From a virus (taxonomy: Duplodnaviria; Caudoviricetes): a DNA stretch of 64,000 nucleotides. Positions 37,919 through 45,944 of the stretch are shown here, piece by piece. Positions within the stretch are counted from its first letter, which is position 1; each line of letters starts with the position of its first letter. Both the position numbers and the translations under genes were made by a program. The notes beneath the pieces were generated by a model. That model made no database searches. It saw only the letters and a list, made by a program, of their open reading frames with translations, and was not told where the DNA came from. The DNA lies in IMG/VR virus record IMGVR_UViG_3300014208_000023, positions 288,001 through 352,000 of that record, one strand, 5' to 3'.

Positions 37919-38382
37919 TGTCCATCTACCATTTTCTTTAAAATTAATTTTTGTTCTGGAGTTAGTTTTAGTTGTGTAAATATATTGCCGGATTGCACTT
38001 GGTCTCTTACGCGCTTATCAGCTTCTTGTTGTTTTCTAATGCGTTCCTCTTGTTCCTTGGCAAATTTTGCTTGTGCTGCCTGATGGGCCTGCTTGATCTT
38101 TTTTTGCGCCGCCCTCAATATTTTTGAGCGTTTAACTTGCAATTTTAAATCTGAAATTATATTTTTCTCAAAATCTTTGATTAGATTTGAAATTGGTTCA
38201 AACTTATACATCTGCTCTTGCAGCTCTTGCGCCGGAGTATTTGATAGATAATCATCTAAAGCATTTATGCTTTTATCAGGCATTGACCGCAATTTGCTTG
38301 AGTAAAACCACTCCATTCTTGTAGATTTTTTTCCAATAACTTTTCTCATTGGAACTTCAGGTAACGGAATTTTTTTAATCAT
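37915..38382 (-). CDS. Hypothetical protein, charged helix plus LKLTPEQKLILKK tail
   Basis: Member of the C-terminal motif family. Confidence 0.65.
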   Translation of the reverse strand: MIKKIPLPEVPMRKVIGKKSTRMEWFYSSKLRSMPDKSINALDDYLSNTPAQELQEQMYKFEPISNLIKDFEKNIISDLKLQVKRSKILRAAQKKIKQAHQAAQAKFAKEQEERIRKQQEADKRVRDQVQSGNIFTQLKLTPEQKLILKKMVDGQ

Positions 38383-38816
38383 TTTGATCCGACCATTTTC
38401 TTTAGAATTTCTTTTTGCTCTCGCGTAAGATTTAGTTTAGCAAACATACTTTTAGCATTTTTCTTGGCCTCAATCTCTCTTGCTTTTCGCTCTTCTATTA
38501 ATCTTTTTCTTTTTCTGGCCAAAGCTAGGTCTGCCTTTTTTCTTTTTATGGTAGCTTTAACGGCTTTCTTTAGGCCATTAAAGATGCTGGCCTTATAAGC
38601 GGCCATAGCATCATTCATTACCTTAAGAGAAGATAATTTTTGTATATCATCATTTGATATAGACAAAACTCCTTCGCTAAAAAGCTCAATATCTTTATTT
38701 GACATTTTTCTCATTATGTTATCTAGCGAATATGATAAATCATATGGCTGAAATTTTGTCAAAACATTTGTAAAAACACTGTTAAACTCGGCTGTCTCGG
38801 TGGCTCTTGCGGTCAT
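38379..38816 (-). CDS. Hypothetical protein, charged helix plus LNLTREQKEILKK tail
   Basis: Member of the C-terminal motif family. Confidence 0.65.
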   Translation of the reverse strand: MTARATETAEFNSVFTNVLTKFQPYDLSYSLDNIMRKMSNKDIELFSEGVLSISNDDIQKLSSLKVMNDAMAAYKASIFNGLKKAVKATIKRKKADLALARKRKRLIEERKAREIEAKKNAKSMFAKLNLTREQKEILKKMVGSK

Positions 38817-39418
38817 TATAATACTCCTTCCAGTAATCCTATTAGTGCAAATCCTTGACCTACCGGATAGTCAGGATGCGTGAAAACATCTTCTAAAGTC
38901 ATTTCTAGAAATCGGTAGTCATAGCCCTCATAGTCAATCAAAACAATGTCCTGCTCAGAGGTCTCATATAACTCTTTTAGAGTCTCGAATTCCTTAGTTT
39001 TGACGACCGCTTCCTTATATAATGGAAGAAAGATTTCATTCTGAGCCTCAAGCCTATTAAGCTTTCTGCCTTTCCACCAATGATGAAGGCATTCGTTCCA
39101 GGCACCTAAAGGATATTTGATTGGTTTCTTATTTTCCCAACCAGCCTTCGCCCACTTCCAATAGTTATCGTTTGGCTCGCCCTTATCGTTACTATACTGT
39201 GCGTATATTTTGGCGAACTGATAGCCGTTCTCAAGATTATGGGCCCAATATCCATCATAAAGATTAACTGGCCCAACATTAAACGGGCTCAGCATTCTTC
39301 CAAACGAGTCTGAATATGATGTTACATTTATGATAATGCTATCTTCTGGAACCTCATGTTTAAAAGAAAGATTGTAAAGAACTGGTTTCATCTCTTTTCT
39401 TTTAGTTCCATAATCCAT
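38816..39418 (-). CDS. Hypothetical protein, possibly DUF6939/NADAR-like
   Basis: INVTS, LSPF, LENGYQFAKIY, IFLPLY, LIDY resemble NADAR-related motifs. Confidence 0.4.
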   Translation of the reverse strand: MDYGTKRKEMKPVLYNLSFKHEVPEDSIIINVTSYSDSFGRMLSPFNVGPVNLYDGYWAHNLENGYQFAKIYAQYSNDKGEPNDNYWKWAKAGWENKKPIKYPLGAWNECLHHWWKGRKLNRLEAQNEIFLPLYKEAVVKTKEFETLKELYETSEQDIVLIDYEGYDYRFLEMTLEDVFTHPDYPVGQGFALIGLLEGVL

Positions 39419-39672
39419 TCCTGAATTAATTGGGCGGATTCTTTTGACCTATCGCCTTCATGTAGAGGAATTAGATCGTGATGAACTTCGTTCATCCAAG
39501 GGTGAGAAACCAATCCCTTAAGATAAGCGTCCCCTCCATTCAATTCAATTACATTTCCATCCATAAACTCAACCAATAATTTGGTTCCGCCAAATATGCG
39601 GAAAGCAAAACACTTGCTGCCTATTGGATATGGGCCGTATTGTTTTGTAGTCAAATATAAATGCTTTTTCAT
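39388..39672 (-). CDS. Hypothetical protein
   Basis: 94-aa ORF. Confidence 0.5.
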   Translation of the reverse strand: MKKHLYLTTKQYGPYPIGSKCFAFRIFGGTKLLVEFMDGNVIELNGGDAYLKGLVSHPWMNEVHHDLIPLHEGDRSKESAQLIQEWIMELKEKR

Positions 39673-39677
39673 TTGTG

Positions 39678-39959
39678 TTATTTAATAATTTCAACAATAT
39701 CTGCTTCAGCAACCTTATGATAGCCCTCAAAAGCTACAATTGAATCGCCTACTTTTATATGCGTCCAAAGATGGGTATCTAGAGGAACTAGGGTAGCATC
39801 AGTCATTTCGCCTGGGTTAAGTAAAAAATCAGCGTCATCAAAAAGAATTACTCCGGCTTCTTGGGCCGTATCTTTTGGAATCCTCCAATTAAACTTATTG
39901 TCACTATAAAGCCCACCTTTACGGGCAGGCATCAGATGCAGTGATACTTTAAATTTCAT
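39678..39959 (-). CDS. Stand-alone EF-Tu C-terminal domain-like beta-barrel protein
   Basis: FKVSLHL...KGG, LLNPGE, EG..KVA..DIVEI parallel EF-Tu domain III. Confidence 0.5.
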   Translation of the reverse strand: MKFKVSLHLMPARKGGLYSDNKFNWRIPKDTAQEAGVILFDDADFLLNPGEMTDATLVPLDTHLWTHIKVGDSIVAFEGYHKVAEADIVEIIK

Positions 39960-39960
39960 A

Positions 39961-40389
39961 TTAGTTCAAATGCCTCATGTCCTTTTTGGGAGCATTAGAT
40001 ATTAACGCCTCGACTGGCTTGCTGTCTGATGACTCGCCTTCTTCGGCGGACTTGTCTTTATTTCCGAAATGATCGCTCATTTCTTTTAGAAAGAAAGCCG
40101 TTTCATTCTCCTCTATAAATATAGATGAGCTTGCTATCTGATAGGCTCTTTCCAGAATCATCTCTCCAGTTGCCGAGTTTTCAAAAAGAAACTCCGCCTT
40201 TTCCTCATCAGAGCCTAGGGTTTTGACGTGAGCAATGGCTTTTTCAGCTTCCTCAAGACGCTCCTGCTCTTCTTCATTTTCCGGCTCCTCATTAACTCCA
40301 TTTTCCAAAAAATCATCTAAAACAATATGTTCGGCCATATGTATGGCTCTTTCCTTATCGGTATCTGATAGTGTCGAAAATAGCTTCAT
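39961..40389 (-). CDS. Acidic hypothetical protein
   Basis: 142-aa ORF. Confidence 0.6.
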   Translation of the reverse strand: MKLFSTLSDTDKERAIHMAEHIVLDDFLENGVNEEPENEEEQERLEEAEKAIAHVKTLGSDEEKAEFLFENSATGEMILERAYQIASSSIFIEENETAFFLKEMSDHFGNKDKSAEEGESSDSKPVEALISNAPKKDMRHLN

Positions 40390-40484
40390 TTTATTCTCCG
40401 TTTATTCTTCGTTCGTTCGTTACGCTCAATGTTACTAGTGATTTTTGCCTTCTCGACAACTTTATATCTATAAAGCGGTATATA

Positions 40485-41126
40485 ATGGGCGGTTCCCTGA
40501 GGATTGTGGCGTTATTACTAGCTGTTTTTTTTATAGTCTTTAGCGGGACTTGCTGCATCCTCCAACACAAATCGAAGCAGCCAGCAATTTGGCTTTCCGA
40601 ACCCATTAAGAAAACCGTCTGGATTGACGCATCCTTTTCCGAAGAGGAAAAGAATGATATCGTTAGGGCCTATAAAAGGCTAGAATGCAGCACAAATCAT
40701 TCCATAGTTCAGTTTGAATTCATTACCAACGCTAGTGTTGCGGACTACTATCAGATGAGAATAAGTCCAAGCATAGTGATTATGAGTGTAGATAGTAAGG
40801 ACCCAAGAATTAGAGCGTCAGATAGAAGACTAGCAAAGGAACATAAAGGCAAACAAACTGCCGGACTCTTCTTGAGTCAAGAAGAAATTCCAACTGTTCT
40901 TTTGCCAAGAGATAGGTTAATTAGAAGCACATTTTATGAAGTTGCCTTACATGAAGCCATTCATTCTTCGTTAAATATACTTGACCATAGCGAAAGTAAA
41001 AGTGCCGTTATGTTCTATGCTATGGATGAAACATCAGCCCACGACATCTCTAAAGATGATTTGAAATTTATTTGTGAATATTACCAGTGTGACGCCGAAT
41101 CTTTTAATGTATGTGGTGGAGAATGA
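40485..41126 (+). CDS. Secreted or membrane-anchored Zn metallopeptidase (matrixin-like)
   Basis: Hydrophobic N-terminus, HEAIHSSLNILDH, Met-turn-like SAVMFY. Confidence 0.7.
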   Translation: MGGSLRIVALLLAVFFIVFSGTCCILQHKSKQPAIWLSEPIKKTVWIDASFSEEEKNDIVRAYKRLECSTNHSIVQFEFITNASVADYYQMRISPSIVIMSVDSKDPRIRASDRRLAKEHKGKQTAGLFLSQEEIPTVLLPRDRLIRSTFYEVALHEAIHSSLNILDHSESKSAVMFYAMDETSAHDISKDDLKFICEYYQCDAESFNVCGGE

Positions 41127-41899
41127 AAATGCTTAAAAAAATAATAGTTCTATTGATGCTGATTGCTGGTCCAATATCTTGTATGAAACCTCCTGCCAGG
41201 CCGGAGGCTAGCCTACCTACAAGGCTAATTGAGCAAACTGTTTCGCTGGTTGGATATAACTCCAATAAAGGATGGGGAACATATTGCACCGGAGTGTGGG
41301 TTGATTCTCGCCATATACTTACTGCATACCACTGTGCCGCTGCCGCTAAAGTTATGAGCCTTCCAGAAGACGACCAAGAATCTGCTGAAGATAAAGGTCA
41401 AAAACTTGATGCTATTGGCGCCCCAGTGTATTATTCAACAAAAGACTCTTTCAATAATGTTGTTCATCACGGACCAATGAACTATCTCAGCGCTAAAGTT
41501 GTTGCTGGCGATGGAGCACACGACATAGCCTTAATAGAAGTTAATGGTAGCCCGTTGGTCCATCGACATGCCGTATTAGCTGATTTTGAGCCGGCTGTTG
41601 GAGATGACATAGTAGTCATGGGCCATCCAGCAAAGATTGAATATACATTCACGCGCGGGTATGTGTCTGCATATAGATCGGATATCGACCAGGACGCAAT
41701 AGATATTCATGGGCCTTTCATGCAGATAAACGCCGGAATTTCTGGCGGAAATAGCGGTGGAGGAGTGTTTGATATGGGCGGCCACCTCGTTGGTATTATA
41801 TCTTTTTGCAACTCAAGAATGGCAGTTCAGGCCTTTACCGTTCCAATGGGGTCTATAAAAAGATTTTTAGAAGAATACAATAAAAACAAAAAAGGCTGA
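41123..41899 (+). CDS. Trypsin-like serine protease with signal peptide
   Basis: Triad LTAYHC, HDIALI, GNSGGG; signal-like MKMLKKIIVLLMLIAGPISC. Confidence 0.92.
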   Translation: MKMLKKIIVLLMLIAGPISCMKPPARPEASLPTRLIEQTVSLVGYNSNKGWGTYCTGVWVDSRHILTAYHCAAAAKVMSLPEDDQESAEDKGQKLDAIGAPVYYSTKDSFNNVVHHGPMNYLSAKVVAGDGAHDIALIEVNGSPLVHRHAVLADFEPAVGDDIVVMGHPAKIEYTFTRGYVSAYRSDIDQDAIDIHGPFMQINAGISGGNSGGGVFDMGGHLVGIISFCNSRMAVQAFTVPMGSIKRFLEEYNKNKKG

Positions 41900-41903
41900 A
41901 ATC

Positions 41904-42614
41904 TTACATTATTATAACGTATTTTGCTAAGCGATGACTTTTTGTTATTTTGTATAGCTTCTTAATTTCTTCAAAATTTTCCGTAGCAATTATTCTATTC
42001 TCTATCTTTTCTAGATTAGCAAATGGAAGTGTTGCTATAAGCCTAATATAGTAATTGCTTTTATTTTTTAAAAGCAGATTTTCGATAATTTCAAATTCTG
42101 CTTTATTTTTGGCTAGCGTTGCACATTTGTATAGATACCTCGATTTTTTCGAGCGAATCAAAATCTTCTTATGCTTCTCTATTTGAGAGTTTTTATGAAA
42201 ATTAATGAATATATAGGAAGCTTTTGCATTCTCCGCATTAAGAATGAGCCTCTCTATGGCAGCAGTATTTGAATATGGAACCTGTGAAAATTCCGCCAAA
42301 AGCTCTGCATCATTGATTTCCAATACCGCCTTTTCTAGGTTGGAAACGTTGGCTCCAATAATGTTTAGCGGAAACAAAACAAGATAGCGAAGGTTAAATC
42401 TGGACCTATTCGCTATCTTGATTATATAGTTTTCTAGCTCTGATGTTGGAAAGCTCCTTCTATCCAGTTCCAAAGCTAATCGGTATGGATAGAAGGAGTT
42501 TGTTTTGTCAAAAGCTTTATTTATTAGGCGGCGTGCTTTTTGTTCATATAATCTCTTGTTGGAGGTTTTTGATAAATCATCTACCAATCTCAAAAAATCA
42601 TATTCTGCTGCCAT
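41904..42614 (-). CDS. Hypothetical helical repeat-like protein
   Basis: Repeats of AN/SN..xLExxI pattern. Confidence 0.55.
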   Translation of the reverse strand: MAAEYDFLRLVDDLSKTSNKRLYEQKARRLINKAFDKTNSFYPYRLALELDRRSFPTSELENYIIKIANRSRFNLRYLVLFPLNIIGANVSNLEKAVLEINDAELLAEFSQVPYSNTAAIERLILNAENAKASYIFINFHKNSQIEKHKKILIRSKKSRYLYKCATLAKNKAEFEIIENLLLKNKSNYYIRLIATLPFANLEKIENRIIATENFEEIKKLYKITKSHRLAKYVIIM

Positions 42615-42644
42615 CTCATAAAGATGCTTTAGATTTGATAGTCG

Positions 42645-43742
42645 TTATCGGAGATACTGTTCTATTAGCTCTATTGAGAGGCCGTCTATTTTTTTGATGT
42701 CTGGGCAATAAGGTAGAAAATCGCAGGTTTTATAGAGATCATTCAATTCCCTATCTTCCCTTTCTGCCCATTCTATTAAATAATCAACTTCCCAAAGACC
42801 AGAACGAATTTCTAGAAGTTCTTCTCGGTCAGCTATTCGTTTAACACGAACCTCTCCGGTTGTTAAAATCTCACGACACATGCGTAACAAGCGAACTAAA
42901 TGATATGCGTGCTTGCAGTCGTATCCAAATTTGGCCTCAATTGCTGCCCTTTCTGGATTTCTTTCTAGCTTCCACTTAAGATACTGCTCCCATTCTCGTT
43001 TTTTACCTAGATACTCCCGTTCTCTTTGGAGAAGATGAATAAAGTTCTCGTCTAACCCAGAACGTCTTGCGCTAGATAACCAACGATCGTCTGACGTAAT
43101 CTTTGCGTCAGCCATCATTTCCGCCATTACATTGCGGATACCTATTTTTTCAGCCTCTTGAAGGTCTTGAAGCCAATCAAAATTGATACGATCCATATCC
43201 TTCTGGATCATGGCCATCGTAGCTTCTAACTGATTCTTCTCAATCAGAGGTTTTTCTTCTAGCCCAAACTCTTTACGAGATGGTGGGCAGAGCATTGGAT
43301 TGCGGAGATATTTTCGATGGTTTTTTATGCGGTTAAGCTGACTAACCGCATATCCGGCAAAGCTCCACCTTACTCGTTTAGAAAGGAAAATATTCCTGTT
43401 TTCAAGGATTTTTTCTCCTGCCTTGGAGACGAAAATATGGTCAGAAGGATCTGTGAAAAGAACCTCTATGCAGTTAGGGTTGCAGTTGGATAGCAGGCTA
43501 AAAAACTTACGTAGCTCGTAAATTACCGTATCTGGCTCATTGAACTCTTGCTGCTCGAACTTTTTAGTAACGCCGAAATAGTAGTCTTTCGTTGGAATGG
43601 CTACTCCCTTATAGTCGTCGTCACTGCCTTCGATGTTTGTTCCATAAGCTTTAGATCCGTGGCGGGTAAGGTAGATTACGCCATCAGATATGGGAGATTT
43701 GATCTCCTTAAGCTTATCGAAAATTATATGATTAGTCATCAT
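42645..43742 (-). CDS. Pol-beta-superfamily nucleotidyltransferase (RlaP/YcgL-like)
   Basis: GSKAYGTNIEGSDDDYKG, NPNCIEVLF, FAGYA, YDCKHAYHLVRLL. Confidence 0.85.
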   Translation of the reverse strand: MMTNHIIFDKLKEIKSPISDGVIYLTRHGSKAYGTNIEGSDDDYKGVAIPTKDYYFGVTKKFEQQEFNEPDTVIYELRKFFSLLSNCNPNCIEVLFTDPSDHIFVSKAGEKILENRNIFLSKRVRWSFAGYAVSQLNRIKNHRKYLRNPMLCPPSRKEFGLEEKPLIEKNQLEATMAMIQKDMDRINFDWLQDLQEAEKIGIRNVMAEMMADAKITSDDRWLSSARRSGLDENFIHLLQREREYLGKKREWEQYLKWKLERNPERAAIEAKFGYDCKHAYHLVRLLRMCREILTTGEVRVKRIADREELLEIRSGLWEVDYLIEWAEREDRELNDLYKTCDFLPYCPDIKKIDGLSIELIEQYLR

Positions 43743-44067
43743 CGTCTTCTTGTGATTCTGGATAAAAGGGGTTATACCTCATTCGATTAGAATAAAGACA
43801 TATGGCCTCTTGTTTTTTTAGAATTTCTTTTTCATCAACTTCACATTCAGATAATGGCAGTATTGTTTCCCACCCATCGCCACTATCTGCCGGAGCAATT
43901 TCTACGAATGTTTCTTTTTCTATTTCAGTAATGGCTAATCTTTCGCCAGTTTCAGTGCAGCCATTAAACTCAATATAAACATCTGCTTCTTGATTTTCTT
44001 TAGAAAGAAGTTCTATTAATTCTTTGATTTTCATTTTACTTGTCTCGTATAGGAATGTGGGCATCAA
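43732..44067 (-). CDS. Hypothetical protein
   Basis: MKIKELIELL-type small phage ORF. Confidence 0.5.
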   Translation of the reverse strand: MMPTFLYETSKMKIKELIELLSKENQEADVYIEFNGCTETGERLAITEIEKETFVEIAPADSGDGWETILPLSECEVDEKEILKKQEAICLYSNRMRYNPFYPESQEDDDD

Positions 44068-44233
44068 ACCCTTCGCATTGGCAGTGCATATCTATACCGT
44101 GAATATCTTTGGCATTACATTTGCCTGGTTCGCCGCCAAAAAGAACTCCCATAATCCACGATCTTTTGCTTAAATGCTCGTGCTTCCAGTGCATGCATTC
44201 ACATATGTTCTTTTCGCTAAATTTAGTAGTCAT
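44036..44233 (-). CDS. Small Cys/His-rich protein
   Basis: CECMH, C, CQC. Confidence 0.5.
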   Translation of the reverse strand: MTTKFSEKNICECMHWKHEHLSKRSWIMGVLFGGEPGKCNAKDIHGIDMHCQCEGFDAHIPIRDK

Positions 44234-44391
44234 TAGTTTCTGCGGCCAAAAATTAATGAGAGAGCTCCTAATACTAGGAAGACAAAGAATAGGATTTTGG
44301 CAATACCCGCTGAAGCTCCGGCAATAGCGCCGAAACCTAATACTGCTGCGACAAGTGCGATAACGAAAAAGATGGCTGAATAATATAACAT
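44233..44391 (-). CDS. DUF1328 (YtjA/UPF0391) small membrane protein, 52 aa (not in ORF track)
   Basis: [52 protein letters not shown]. Confidence 0.85.
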   Translation of the reverse strand: MLYYSAIFFVIALVAAVLGFGAIAGASAGIAKILFFVFLVLGALSLIFGRRN

Positions 44392-44421
44392 TTTATGTGT
44401 CTTTCTATTTTTAGTTTAGTA

Positions 44422-45591
44422 TCAATTAGTCAAAAATTCAAACGGATCCATAAGCCGTGTATTAGGCTCTTTTGGCGCCAGGCTTATAACATCTTCGGGC
44501 TTTACTCCGGTTGAAATATATTCAATAGGGGTTTTAGTGAAAGACTCGACATACTTCAAAAAGGATCTTGTTTGATTGGCGTCTTTAGAATCTTTCCAGC
44601 AAGGCAAATCAAGATAGGTCGGATTTACATTATTGAAGTCGCTTGGAGAGAATACCTCTTTGCCATATGAGACGCAAGTTTTGATGCTTCTCTGGCCTTC
44701 AGGAATATCCATCTTACATACAATTAGGTGTGTGATTCCGCCTTTTTGAATTCCGTATTTGAGCATTGGCAAGTCGAGATAGCCAATTCTACGAGGCTTT
44801 CCGGTTGTTGCTCCAATCTCTCCGCCAAGCTCTCTCCACTGAATAGCATCTTCCGATGACATTTCAGTTGGCAAAGGGCCTGGGCTTCCAGCCTTGGTTA
44901 CATACGGCTTCATCATTCCATAAACCCTATCCAGCTTAACGAAATTAAAGCCAGAGGCAGCTATGCCTGAAACGGTGCAGTCGCCAGCGGTAACATACGG
45001 GTAAAGCCCAGCATTAATGTCGAGCATTACTCCTTGGCTGCCTTCAAAGAGGAGTCTTGATTTCTCAAATTCTTCTTTCATAGCCAAGACCGTAGTAAAT
45101 GTAACGCCAACCGCCTTTAGCTTTTTGATAACTTCAGCATCATCGTTCATGTAGTTATACACGCGACTACCATTGCGGCTGTATTTACTAACCGCTGCTG
45201 GCCCAACACCTTTGCCAGTAGATCCTACTCCTGTGTTGTGGGCCTTATCAAGATCAATGTGGCCAGAGCTAATAGTAAATGCGTCCATATCCACGTATAT
45301 GGACTCGCCTACTCCTGGAAAATCTTTCTCAAATAAGAGGATTTCGGCCAATAGATTTTCTAGGTTAATATACATTCCCGATGCAAGATAGGATTTTACC
45401 GTCTTACATCTATAATCTGCCGATGGAAGATAATGATGGGTGTATTTCTTGCCATCACGATAGATGACGTGACCACAATTTTCCGAGCCAGCATGACGAA
45501 TAACCCAATCATATTTGGGAGAGAAATGATGGGTGAAATGACCCTTACCATTGTCTCCTAAAAGACAATCTAAAACCGCTATATTTTTCAT
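44422..45591 (-). CDS. purA: Adenylosuccinate synthetase-like protein, divergent
   Basis: GDNGKG, NCGH, GSTGKGVGP, EGSQG, YPYVT, GATTGKPRRIG, CKMD, STG. Confidence 0.88.
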   Translation of the reverse strand: MKNIAVLDCLLGDNGKGHFTHHFSPKYDWVIRHAGSENCGHVIYRDGKKYTHHYLPSADYRCKTVKSYLASGMYINLENLLAEILLFEKDFPGVGESIYVDMDAFTISSGHIDLDKAHNTGVGSTGKGVGPAAVSKYSRNGSRVYNYMNDDAEVIKKLKAVGVTFTTVLAMKEEFEKSRLLFEGSQGVMLDINAGLYPYVTAGDCTVSGIAASGFNFVKLDRVYGMMKPYVTKAGSPGPLPTEMSSEDAIQWRELGGEIGATTGKPRRIGYLDLPMLKYGIQKGGITHLIVCKMDIPEGQRSIKTCVSYGKEVFSPSDFNNVNPTYLDLPCWKDSKDANQTRSFLKYVESFTKTPIEYISTGVKPEDVISLAPKEPNTRLMDPFEFLTN

Positions 45592-45592
45592 A

Positions 45593-45925
45593 TCATATTC
45601 CTAGTATTCGTTGTCTCAAGGCTCTAATTATGGCGTTATCACAACAAGAACAATTTTTGCTTCTAGATATAAATGGCTTGGTTCTTAGCGAAGGAAGACA
45701 ATCAGACTCATCTATTATTGAGTCGCCACCCTCAAATGATTTTAGACCACACCAAGTTTGGGTATCAGGCTCTCTACCATAATAGAGATATGAGTCGTAA
45801 CTGTTTCGACGAGAGTTGCCTATTCGTATATGGCGTTTTGGAGTTCTAGCTTTCAATTGTTCTCTCGCAATAATTGGTGACTTAACTATGTTTTTAGGAT
45901 TAGTCAGCCTTCTAATTTTTCTCAT
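45593..45925 (-). CDS. Basic hypothetical protein
   Basis: 110-aa ORF. Confidence 0.5.
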   Translation of the reverse strand: MRKIRRLTNPKNIVKSPIIAREQLKARTPKRHIRIGNSRRNSYDSYLYYGREPDTQTWCGLKSFEGGDSIIDESDCLPSLRTKPFISRSKNCSCCDNAIIRALRQRILGI

Positions 45926-45944
45926 TTAAAATGAAGCCTTTTCT

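Noticed and set aside
44422-45591. PurZ (2-aminoadenine genome) because GSTGKG occurs in the protein
   Set aside because: That GSTGKG is the internal GTTGRGIGP-equivalent loop; the N-terminal diagnostic position keeps Asp (GDNGKG), and no DatZ or MazZ is visible in the window.
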